Positions 29,499 through 41,185 of a stretch of 64,000 nt of DNA are shown in pieces. The position numbers were made by a program, and so were the translations under genes. Each line of letters opens with the position of its first letter. The stretch's first letter is position 1. The notes below the pieces were generated by a model that saw only the letters and a list, made by a program, of their open reading frames with translations, made no database searches and was not told the DNA's origin. Source of the stretch: Lytechinus pictus (taxonomy: Eukaryota); contig NC_087252.1 of the NCBI RefSeq assembly GCF_037042905.1, forward strand, positions 11,718,001-11,782,000, given 5' to 3'.

Positions 29499-30308
29499 GC
29501 GGTTCGCCTTATTTCCAATTCCTCATATTATTCCCACTCTGCTCCATTATTTCATAAACTCAAACTATTAACTGTATATGATATCAAGAATTTACAAATC
29601 GGAATTTTTATGTATAAATGCAAACATTGTCTACACCCTCCTCATATCTCTGATTTATTTCCCCTTAATCTAGATTTACATTCTTATGAAACCCGTTCTG
29701 CCAATGACTTTCATTTTCCAAAGGTTCGAACATCATATGCTAAATCCACTCTTTTATTCACTGGCCCTAAACTGTGGAGTTCCTTACCAAAAGAAATAAA
29801 AAACTCAGTATCACTCCATTCCTTTAAACGTAATTTCAAAAAGTACCTGATTGATACAAATTTAAAAAATAACAGTAGAGCTTAAAAATCAAACTTATCC
29901 TTTCTTTTTTTGTATTGTTTATGTCATTATCAAAGTTATTATTCTAAATTCTTTTCCCATACGTAACGTTATTTGATTTTGTTTTATGAATGTGTTAATT
30001 TTTCTTAACTATTATCTTGAAAGTTATGAATGAGAGCCATATTTACATGCTACATATTGTTAAGAAATGTCTATTTTAATAGCACTTATCTGTTTATTTT
30101 ATGTTGGGTGCCTGATTTTAAGACTTTATCTTGTCTTCTTTGGCTCCCCCACAGTAATATACATTTCTTTGTATTACTTTTAAACAACTCGGTTCAATTT
30201 CCTTTTTTCAGTTATGTTTGTTTGTTTCCTATTTTTGTACATATTTGCAATGTTTTTATATTATTGTGGAAATAAATGATTTGATTTTGATTTTGATTTG
30301 ATTTTTTG
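29499..30308 (+). mobile_element. 5'-truncated LINE (L2/Crack-like) 3' end
   Basis: AVRLISNSSYYSHSAPLFHKLKLLTV...HSYETRS...GPKLWSSLPKEIK...SFKRNFKKYL is an ORF2 C-terminus. It is followed by an AT-rich 3' UTR, aataaa and a (ttgat)n-type tail. Confidence 0.8.
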
Positions 30309-31254
30309 AAAGTACAATGTTATGTATGTAAATTATATTAAGTATATATATCATTTCAGTGATCTGGCGAGAGTGTGCTCTTTCTCCTATCCGATTTTAG
30401 GTTGAAGTTTGATCAATCTACTAACAGCACACAATTGAGTCCAGAGAACCGTCACGACACTTACTCTTCAGGATGGGTACCAAGACGAAATCGAACCGAG
30501 AAAACTCACTGATCCTCAACGCATTTAGTGAGTTTAAAATTTATATTGACCCTAATCAACACCGTTACCTCTTTAATCTCCCTCTCTCTCTTTATAACTT
30601 TCTCTTTCTATTTTATTTTTACCCGATTTTCTTTTAACTAGTTTTATGCTCAAGTCATCATTTTTTTTAACTTCACTTTGTGTGTGTGTGCGTTGTGTGT
30701 TTGTGTGTGGGTCTATATCATTTACAAGAATATACATATATGTTTTTTTTTAGAAAGCTGCACCACAAAACTCCGCTTTTTGGCAGGCTCATCTATTCCC
30801 AACCTGATAATCGTAACTATAGTTTCTGTATGTAAAATTTGCTAAATGTTTTTTTTTTCGTATGTATCTGTATATAAAATGAACGAACAGTTGTAAATTT
30901 TGAAAATAGAAATAAACGAAATAAAATTGAATAAAACATGCTACTGTGGCCAATCGGCACTAAATAATACAAAAATCTGAGTTGCAACCAATCTGACACG
31001 TTGAGAGTTACAGTAATGCTGGTCACCCCCCCCCCCCCCCCACTTCCAAATGCCTTATTACACCGTTTGTCTATTAACTTAAGACCTTATGCATTGACTC
31101 TATAGCTCGCCGCCGCTCATCTAAAAGATCGTGCACAGTGCGGCACGTATCAAAATACTCAGTCACATCGTTGCATACGAGACATGCGTGTGACTTGTGG
31201 GTAACTATTTTTGCTACCCGCAGGTCGCCAGCAGGTCGGCCGCATTGATCGTAG

Positions 31255-32187
31255 TGTTACATATAAGAATAATTGTAAAAGCAATTACATTCATTTATTT
31301 AGTTATTTCCTCTTTAAGGATATTTTGGAATGATTAAGAATGTTCCAGAAGGCTCTATAGTACAGCTGTGTTACACATGAGTAACTTTGAATACTCTTTG
31401 TTATTTTTGAATAGAGACTGCCAAACAATAGGCTTAGCTATTTTGTTGACACTGTTGAGTTCAATGAGACTGCTCCTAAAAGGAGAATGCTTTTTATAGA
31501 AAATACTAGAACCTTCTATAATAGACAATAATATAAGCCTCTAGAATAGTGAATGTTCTAGAATGGTTGAAATGTGCATATATAACTGACGGTTTCTTCG
31601 AAGACATCATCACATCATATTAGATCACTTGATCATATCAGATCACTTCATCACATCAGATCAGAACTTAGAGTTTCACGCCAGACTTTATGTCAGAGCA
31701 GAGTTTATTTCCACCTGGAATATTTATCTTCTGTGGAATTATTTGCCCGCCATCAATGAACTGTTTGCAGTTATTTTGAGAGAGGAATTCTCAGTTCTCA
31801 TCGAGATCATCAACATCATCAACCTGTTTAATGAACGCTTTTCAACCCATGGATTGCTGAATTTGACTGTTAATCATCATCAACAACGTCTTCACGGACA
31901 TTTCAACTCGTTACAGTGACTCTTGTTATTCATCGTGCTTCAACATCAGTTTCATCGTTGCCATCTTTGTAAACAGAGTTTTTGCCAGCCAACTGGGATA
32001 CTATCATTTGGATCATAAATTTGGAATAACACCAGAACTGACTTCAAGAGATTGTTGTAAGATATTTTGTTTTAATTTTAAGTACATGATTTGTAAATGT
32101 ATAATTAATTTCCTGTAATAAAAAAAAGGGAAATTCCACTTCAACACTCAAAAATATTTAATTGTTATTTGTTGCAGTATCGTAACA
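31255..32187. mobile_element. Solo LTR
   Basis: TGTTAC...GTAACA inverted termini with a 4-bp TSD GTAG (31251-31254 and 32188-32191). Internal TATA-like motif and aataaa. Nested within a GC-rich repeat (about 31170-32430) carrying repeated gggtaacta...tttgctacccgcag units. Confidence 0.75.
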
Positions 32188-33053
32188 GTAGGCCCTGTCA
32201 AATCATTCTGTGCAAGCCTTGCGGGCGACTTGCGGGTAACTACATTTGCTACCCGCAGATCGCCCGCATTGGCAGCATCTCTCACGCATGATGCCCGCAG
32301 AAGCGTACGCAAGTCTGGGTTGCCCGCAGAAAGGTTTGAACATGCTCTAAACTTTTTACGGGTGAGTTGCGGGCATTCACTTGCAACTCACCCGCACGGC
32401 TTGCCCGGAACGATGTGAGACAGCCTTAAATAAACCTGGCGAGCACTGTATTTCCACCCACGCACTCAGTAATGCGCAATATTTGTATTTTATACAACTC
32501 CCAAGAATTTCTATAATCTGATTGGTCCTAATCGGATCACATGATATTCAGCGAATTGCACTATTGCATCCAAAATGCACTATCCTGCACTCTGACGTCA
32601 GAGTACAGGATAGTGCGAGTTCTGGAATCATCTAGAATTATCTAGATTTAGATCATATATAGCATTCGGGGGTAACTCAGTAACATGGGCGATCGAGGGG
32701 GGGGGGGGGTGTATCAAACAACTAATACGAGCATTCTTGTGCATAGAGGACCTAAATAATGAATTCTGTGCTCGACTCGCCAAATGGATATATCGCACTC
32801 CTGCAGACCTCGGTACGGTATATCCATTGCCTCTTCTCGCACATCGTTCATTATTTGGCCCTGCATGCACGCGCTGATAGAATCAAACTCTTTCAAGAAA
32901 AGCTATAAACAAAGAAAAAGGTCAGGAACACAAATTCGCTTATTTCAGATCTACCGTAGATTAGCTGTGTATGTAAACTTGGTTCAAGAGAGTAACAAAC
33001 GACATGTACAGAAACGTGATGTCTTTTTGAAGGCCAGTAGCTCATTAGTCAAG

Positions 33054-33056
<3 letters not shown>

Positions 33057-33113
<57 letters not shown>
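33057..33113. repeat. (TA)n microsatellite
   Basis: Pure TA run. Confidence 0.95.
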
Positions 33114-33116
<3 letters not shown>

Positions 33117-33767
33117 TATTCTTTTGGAATGATGCTGTGGCACATTTTCAAGACTAAAAAAAAACTATATTGCACCTTATCTAAACCTAGTTTTAAAAAA
33201 GATTAGACGACCAAATCATGTTAAGTTCTAAAGATTAGAAGCCTGACATTGATTGGTATTTTGAAAATAATGCTCTGTGCTCTGTCGTAATATCATGGCA
33301 AGAAGGAAAGTGTTCCACAAGCAAATAATGACGTTTTAACAGTACTCGGCATATTCTCACAATACTTATGTGTACTTTGACTACATCATAGCTCTCTTCA
33401 CTTTCAGAAAAAAAGATGCTTGGGGTTTATGTGATTTGCGGTGATTGGTGACTAAATCTTTAGATAAACAAAAACCCAGGTTTGATCCTGAGATATATAT
33501 ATATCAATTTGACTATAATTTTATAGTATTTACGATCCTGACAATTAGTTCAGAATAGTTGGTATTTATTAGATATCTTTTGATATGATGTCATCTATAA
33601 AGTTTCTAAAAAATACAGATTAAACTTTTGTCGCATAAAACTGTTTCTCTTGTTTGAAGATAGATATACTTCATTCCAGAAGAAAAAGAGCAAAATTCAG
33701 TCCATCTTTTCAACGATTCACAAGGATCAACCAACAGTTTTACAATTTAACAGTGCATTATATTACT

Positions 33768-36742
33768 CTATTGGAGCTGATAAAGTGTACTGTTGTTGAG
33801 TTCAGTACCATTCAAGAACCAGGTTATTGAGGCTTTTGGTCTACTATCTGATCTACATGTAAGAATGGCATCGACGCTGTTTTGCATATTGAATACTCGA
33901 CGAATAGAGTAGTACACAATCACGGGAGGATCTACAAAATAGAAAATAGGAATACTATTGGTGCTGTAAAAAAAGCGGGATCATCATGGTCGCGGTAAAA
34001 TATTTTGTTTGTTAAATAGCCTTCCGGGTACCAAATTTAAAAGAATTTACATTTTCAAAACACTACGGCTATAATTAAGAAGTATGAATAGAGATTACAT
34101 AAATTCTATCTTCCTCATATAATGATGGCGCCATGTTTGGTGTTAGATTATAAGGGTTTATCTTATTAAGTACCAATATTCTTCATTGAATATATTTGAA
34201 TATCTGAAAAAATATTTAAGACATTTGAATAACTAGAATATTTTGATGAACAATATTTTTTTTCATTCTTAGTTATGAGAAACGAAAAAGAAGTATGAAT
34301 GTATGTACTCCTTGCAAAAAAGCAATGCGAACTCGAATAATGTCGATGACTACTACACGTGAGTACTCTAAGTTAAAAATAAATCGGTTTTTACAAATGA
34401 AACTTACAAAGGACAAAGAGAACATCATTAACACTCTGTGACTTCACATTCGCTTGAGAGACCTGGCAGACTATATGTTTCCCATGATCATCTTTTGTAG
34501 GGGAGAGTTTGAGGACACTTCCGGCATCAAATCGATATGTATTCAAGGAGGATTGTGTTGTTGAGTTGGTGGTGACGTTCTTTGCTCCAATATACCACTG
34601 GAAGGTTGGTTCTGGGTAACCATTGTTTGATGTACAAGTTACGTTAGATAATACACCGTCCTGCAAGTTTTGCGTTCCATCAATGATTGGAGGATCCGAT
34701 GGCCCTGAGAAAGTAATAATATTAAATACGTTAGGCAAGAACAGTTCATACTTCTTTATCTCAATTCTGTTATTTTTTTCAAAATAAAAGTGAGGACACT
34801 TTGCAATGTGACAAGTTGAATTTGAATTGTTACCAAAGAACATCATAATCGAAAGAATACGCTGTTACCAAACGACCGGCAAGGGAATGTTTAAAGTTCT
34901 CTTATACAATAGAATAGAGAAATGTTAGCTGTATAGAAAGCGAAATGGCCATGTTTCAGATAATGTCAAAACATCTTACATCTGTACCTCAATTACCAAG
35001 GGATAATTTCTCACAGGCTATCCAATATTGTGTTGACTTTTAAATGTGCACTAAGTTTGGAAATATGTAAGCTATTTACGGGTACTTACCTTTGACCATG
35101 ACCATCATCTCTGTATGACGTTCGTTCATACCAACAGAGGCCACACACCGAAGATATTGATGGTGGTGCCTCCTCTTTGGATTCAGCAGAAGCGAAGACT
35201 CTGTATCGTGTAATCTTTTATTATTATTGTTTATTCTAGTCGTAGAGGTCGTCCTACCGGGATCTCCATCCAATCCAACATACCATGTTATAACTGCTGT
35301 CGGCCGAGATCCTACACTTTTGCAGATGAATGATGTAACTTTATCTTCAGAAATAGTCACGTTTCTTGTTCCAGCCTTGGAGATCGTAATTTCATTAGAT
35401 GTTGTAAGGAATAGATCATTCGGTGGAACTAAGAAGTGACACAAGAAAACGGAATTCTTGTAATCCACTTTAAATGAAACGCAGCTGAACTGATTTTTGT
35501 TTCACCATTTTCCTTTATGTATATGGATGCATATAGAAATAGTCAATATAATTTTTATCTTTGTCCCTTAATTATATTCCTTGCATTCATGTAATTGCAG
35601 ATGATTCTGCTTTGGTTTCTCCCTATATTTATCAAATTAGTTTAATGCTAAAATAGTGGTGAATGGCAAAAAGCCATAGACAACATGGTCGTTTTAGTTC
35701 AAAATGTACCGGCTAAAAGATTAAGGCTCTGGGTATACAGGGACACAGCAGAAAAGTGCGATTTATATTTCCAGTAACATTATTTAAGTTTGACTGTACA
35801 GAGTGAAGTTCAATTAAAGACTATCAACCATAACTATATAAATGATCATCAAGAGGTGAATATGGCGAAGTTTCAGTGTTATTCAACCCTGCAGAAAAAA
35901 TAATCTGTCAATTGAAATGAGAAAAAAAAATGTTATAGTTGAACAAAGGATCATGGTGTTCATTAACACAGTGTCAACAATTATTATTATCGAACACAAC
36001 GATATAGATGCTGTGTGTGTTAGTGCATTTACGGTTGTTTGTGACGGAGCAAATGCCATTTAATGTTAAACATACTCACTTTGAACTTCTACATGTACGG
36101 TTGAAACGAGATTTTGATCCAGAACTCGGTGTGAAACAATACATCTTAAACTTTTCCCATCGTCCTGTCTTGACGGGGTTATACAAATAACTCTACGAGA
36201 ATAGTAATAATCGCCCTCAACAGTATTGTACTGGTCTCCTATTCCAATCGCTACTTCTCTAGGATTGTGCCACTCGAGTTCTGGAGGTGGTCTAGAACCT
36301 TGGACCTTACATGTTAGGTTGTGGGTTCGTCCAAGTGTAAGGGTAACTGATTCTCCATCAGTGTAGTCAGAGCGATTGTCTGTAATCGACACCGAACTTG
36401 GTGTGGCTGAAAATTAAAGAAAGAAGTCATGGAAATGTATACCTATATGTACATTTCTAGTGTTCATTACCAAATAAGATATCACTTAATCAGAATTTTC
36501 GTGTAAAATACTTTTCTTCAAATTATTTTTAGTCGTGATTTAAACTCTACATGCAATGATATGCGAGTCTCGAAGTGCGTAATGATAATTAGATCATTAC
36601 ACCATTGTTATGATAATATATTCTGAACATTGCGGTGGTTTGTGAAATATTGCATTGTTCTATTCCTTTGATTTCCTTTTTTTAAAAACCATTGCGCATA
36701 AACGTATAACTTTTATCCACTTTCTAAAAAGCAAGATATATG

Positions 36743-36799
<57 letters not shown>

Positions 36800-37244
36800 T
36801 TATATATATATATGTTGCAAAATATTTACCTGGTGACAGTACCTTCAGTTCAAATGAACTCTGAAATGCATCAGCATACGTGGCAACAAGGCAACGATAT
36901 CTTCCGCTGTCACTTAGCCCTAGATAACTTATTGTCAGGTTTCCGCTAGAAGAATCAGACACCAAACTGTACTTGCGCGAATCTGAAATGTCTTTCTCGT
37001 GAGTAGGTTCTTTTCCTTCGCCTTTATCGCTAGCTATCATTAGGTTGTTGTTATCCACGTGCCAAGACAACTCGCGGTATATTGATGGAATCGTGAAGGC
37101 GCAAACAAGAGTTATATTCTCGCCAACAACCGGGAGAATATCCGAGTTCTGCAGAAAGGTAGATACATTAATGCAATGTGTCTTAGAAACGGTAAAACTG
37201 ACAAAGACCATTATTTGAACTGAGAAATTCATTCTTCTTCCCAT
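33768..37244 (-). CDS. IgSF cassette V2: fused leader/V exon plus three C2 exons plus truncated I-set
   Basis: Leader+V 37244-36830. C2 exons 36406-36080, 35428-35090 and 34704-34408, all intact. I-set from 33931 (PPVIVYYSIRR...WFLNGTELNNST) stops at TAG 33770-33768 and its 3' half is absent. Confidence 0.85.
36736..36813. repeat. Imperfect (TA)n microsatellite just after the V2 V-exon donor
   Basis: TA run with few interruptions. Confidence 0.9.
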
Positions 37245-37796
37245 ATATTAAATCCAATATTTCCGGAAGGTTTGTCAAACGATATACCATCTATTGAGCT
37301 CAAGATGTGAAATGAAGATGAATGGGTTTTTGTTTCCGATAGTTTATAGACTGTCAAGCTATGGATTGACCCTTTACAGTCGCAACGAAAATGAAACCAA
37401 TTAAGCTTCAAGTAGAAGCGAGTGAAATAATTGGTCGTTCTTGCAATTAATCGTTTATTTAAGTTCTATTCAAGGTTATTGTTTACAAAGGTGCTTTAAT
37501 AGGCAAATGCAGTAAAGGCACGAGTCTACCTATTTTAGCAAATTGGGGAATAATTATGTTTATTTGATACAATGAGAGCCCTTACATTAATCTTTTTAAA
37601 ACAAATTTTACTTCGTAAAAGAATGAAGAATTTACAACATATCGATTTGTACTTGAATACATTACAGAGAATAATAGAAAGAATTGAAAGTGATTTAAAT
37701 TTGAAAACAATTTGAAATAACAAATAAAGTGGATGGACAACGTTATTTTTCTAAATTGATAAAGCAAACATTTGCGCCATTAACCGGTCTTAAATG

Positions 37797-40700
37797 TTGC
37801 CAGGCAACGAGGAGAGTAGAAGTTGTCGTCTGGTTTTGATTTACGAAGAGCCATGATGGTGGATATAGGGTGGCTGAAATTTCAGTAAAATGATCATGAT
37901 TAGTTCATATATAACCTATATTTTTAAGTCTGTCCCTGCATTAATATGAAACCAATAGAAACAAGTAAAAATAAGGAATGAATTAATGGAGGCGTTGAAA
38001 AAAATTGGATACTGAATTCATTACATGTTAAACAGATTAAGAGAAGACTTGAACGTATCTAAATCATGTATATTTCGCATGGTTAGGTACGGCATTCTAT
38101 AGGATGGCTGAAGCATGTACAGGAACACGGGAATAACTTTTTTCTCCAGTAAGTGGGTATGATTGTGTCGTCATTGTGCCAAGTAACTAAAGCAAAAATG
38201 GCATTAAAAACACCCGATAATGGGACCAATGCTATGTTGTTGATGCATATCACAATAGAGAGAATATCTCTGCAATTCTGAATAAAGTGATAAGTAGAGT
38301 TGCACAATATTACAAATGTTCATGACATTTAATTTCACTATTCATGACTTAAACCATAGAGCTATTCTTAAACAGTAGTTATTGATACTCACATGAAATA
38401 TTCAAAATCATGCTTTCATTTATTGACGGTTCCAAGGGAGTATCAGGTTGAACTGCCTGACAGAGAAGATGTTTCCCATGGTCAAACCTATTGAGTACGG
38501 AGGTCAGAATGCTTTCAGCATCATATCGATCAGCGCTGTTGATGGATGTCCTCAGGGTTGATTTGCCTGTGACGTTCCTTGATCCGATATACCAGTGGAT
38601 GAGAAGAGCAGGGTACCCATTGCGAGCTGTGCAGGTTATGTTGGTTTTTGTACCGTCCTGAAGACCCTCTGGGACCGTCAGTTTAACATCTGGAATGGCT
38701 TGTGGTGGATAAAATAAAGTAGTGAAATATAAGATAGGTAAAACTTGGTGTAATAATGTATTTGGTCGGTACCGGCGAGCATATCCTCAACTATATTTAA
38801 CGTACAGATGAACCTCAGAGCTTAAATGGAAAAGCCAACATGGCCAGTGAAATTTCCAGCAAAGGCACTAACAAGCTATTAGTTTTGATGATGTTGACAT
38901 ATTTTATTATCAGCCTGTTTCGGGTTTTAGTTTGTAAAGAATAAGTTCGCAATGGAAGAACATATTCAGCCATGATATCCAATAGATGAATCAAGATACA
39001 TCGTAACTCACCATACACCATCAATCTGGCTACTGCTTGATCAACAAACTTGCCATCCATATATGCGTCGCATTGAATGTTCTGTCCGTGGTCCTTCCCT
39101 GGTAGTATTGTGACGGAAGTCTCAGTGTCAACCAAATTATCATCTGAGACAACACTACGAGTCTTTGTGATGTTAAGAATACTAATGTTGCCATTAGGAA
39201 AATGCAATTCTAATTCAGTTGCTGGGAATGATCCAATCGCTTTACAAGTGACTGAAGTGGTTGAATCTTCTTTAATGTATAGACTTCTTGACCGAGTTCC
39301 ATGTTCTTGGTGGCCTTCAGCGTGAGGAACAAAGAGCAGCATACTAGATGGTAGAACTGCAAGATGAAGACACCGGATTTACATACAAAACTAATTAATA
39401 TCACGTTAAATCAACTCATAGATTTTATTTGTCTAATGTCATTATGTTAAAATGTTTTGAAAATTTGATAAAACGAAACAAAGAGAAAAAACACGCTTAT
39501 TATAAGACATTGAGATGGTCAGTAGGGTTTGACCACCAAAGAAGGCGTGCACATGCTTCAAGTTATTTATATTATACCAGTAAGCAAAGGACAAAAGCAA
39601 AGGAGGGCATGGAATATTCCTTCCTTCCTAGACAGTACATACCACGAACATTCAAATGAACCGATATCTGGAGATTGTTTTGGATGTGATGCAGTGCACT
39701 TAAGTATCCTTCCTTAGTCATTCTTAGAAGGTTTGATTATTACAGCTTTCTGGGAGATGTAAAGGTTGTCTAGTAGGCCTATGGCGTTGGATTGATCACG
39801 ATATAAGGCAACTAGATCGTAGGGCATATGCCATTTTAGTACTGCAGGTGGCCTTGCCCAGTATGCTTCACATGCGATGTTAAGTTGCTGTCCAGCCGTT
39901 ACGGTTATATTCGTGTTTTGAAAATAAGAACGATTCGATTTCTCGTCTATTACACGAATCCTGAAGGGTGGAGCTGTGACAGAAAAATAGAAACTTAGGT
40001 AGGGCCTAATTTCACTGCTCTGGAAATGTTGAAAATTGTCCTGTTTGCGATGGAATAGGATTCTAAAAAAATCTTTCCCCATTCTACATGTTCTAGGATT
40101 CGATGAGTATATTAAAGAATTAGACTTTTGCTGAGAACAGAAGTGTTAAACTGTCGTACGGAACACAGTTCACCAACCCTTAAAGAAGTAAATTTGTATA
40201 GTTACCTTTGGAGTGGCTAAACACCATGTAAACTGTTCCTCCATTCAATTCACGATAATCCAAAATGGAACGTGAAAGGCTTCGAATTGCCTCGAACCTT
40301 CCAACAGTCAACATGACTTGTAAGCGACAATAAATTGTATTCCATCCAGTCTCACAATAAATTGTCTAAAATCTGTTTTTGAAGAAAACTTACCCGGTGG
40401 TATTGGCGTTACTCGCATGCTACTGGATCCTGGTTTCCAAGCCCCGTTTGTGCTGCTTAATGAGCAAGTATAAATGTCACTATCATTTTCGTCAAGGCTA
40501 CATATTGTTAAATTTCCACTTGAAGTATCAGCGGCCAAGCTGAATTTCTCTGGGTCAAGATAGGTTCTGAATGGATATGGCGAATATGAATGAGTGGCCA
40601 CCTGGATATTGCTACCCTTGGTCCAAACAATCCGCCGATATCTGGTTTCAGGTGTGAAGGAACAAACCAGAGTGAAATCTTCACCGATGACTGGAAGAGA

Positions 40701-41185
40701 GTCTGTCTGGATAGATACTTTAAATGCATGGTGTCCTGCACGGTATAAAGAAAAAAAAATGGAATTCATTTTCGTACCTCCATGGGCTGACTTATTGAAC
40801 GACTATGTATGCAACTCTCTCATTAAAGGAGAAAATGGTAACTATGAACATTTGCATGCTTATATTTTACTTTTACTCGAAAACATCCTGTGCTGATGAG
40901 AGGGATGTATTTTTTTAATTCTAAACAATTAACAATGTTTTATACATTCATTTAGATGTCTGGATTAGGCCCATAATAACTATTATATGTTTACGACAGC
41001 CTCTCACAGGTTTGCATGTAATTATAATATTTTTAAATTCATTATTTGCACATATTTCTTTTTACATATTCTGAAATTCCCATCTCATCTTACTTTTTTA
41101 ATAGTTTTAAGTAAATAGACTTACCAAAGTTTACAATGGTTAGACTATGAAGTAGGAAAATAATGAATCCACGAATGCCCATCAT
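37797..41185 (-). CDS. IgSF cassette V1: leader-V-(dead C2)-C2-C2-(FN3 remnant)
   Basis: Leader 41185-41125 (MMGIRGFIIFLLHSLTIVNF-G). V 40735-40394 intact. C2 39973-39643 has TAA at 39716-39714 plus a frameshift (331 nt). C2 39356-39012 and 38698-38393 intact. FN3 remnant 37873 to about 37797 ends after VAWQ. Confidence 0.85.

Noticed and set aside
32784-33206. ORFs containing YIYIYI runs (also 36655-36949)
   Set aside because: Artefacts of (TA)n microsatellites.
1-41185. RAG-type recombination signal sequences next to V exons (V(D)J-like rearrangement)
   Set aside because: The V exons are complete domains ending in normal splice donors. The isolated CACAGTG heptamers I saw (about 31134, 35967, 60148, 62054) are not at V ends, and I saw no properly spaced nonamer.
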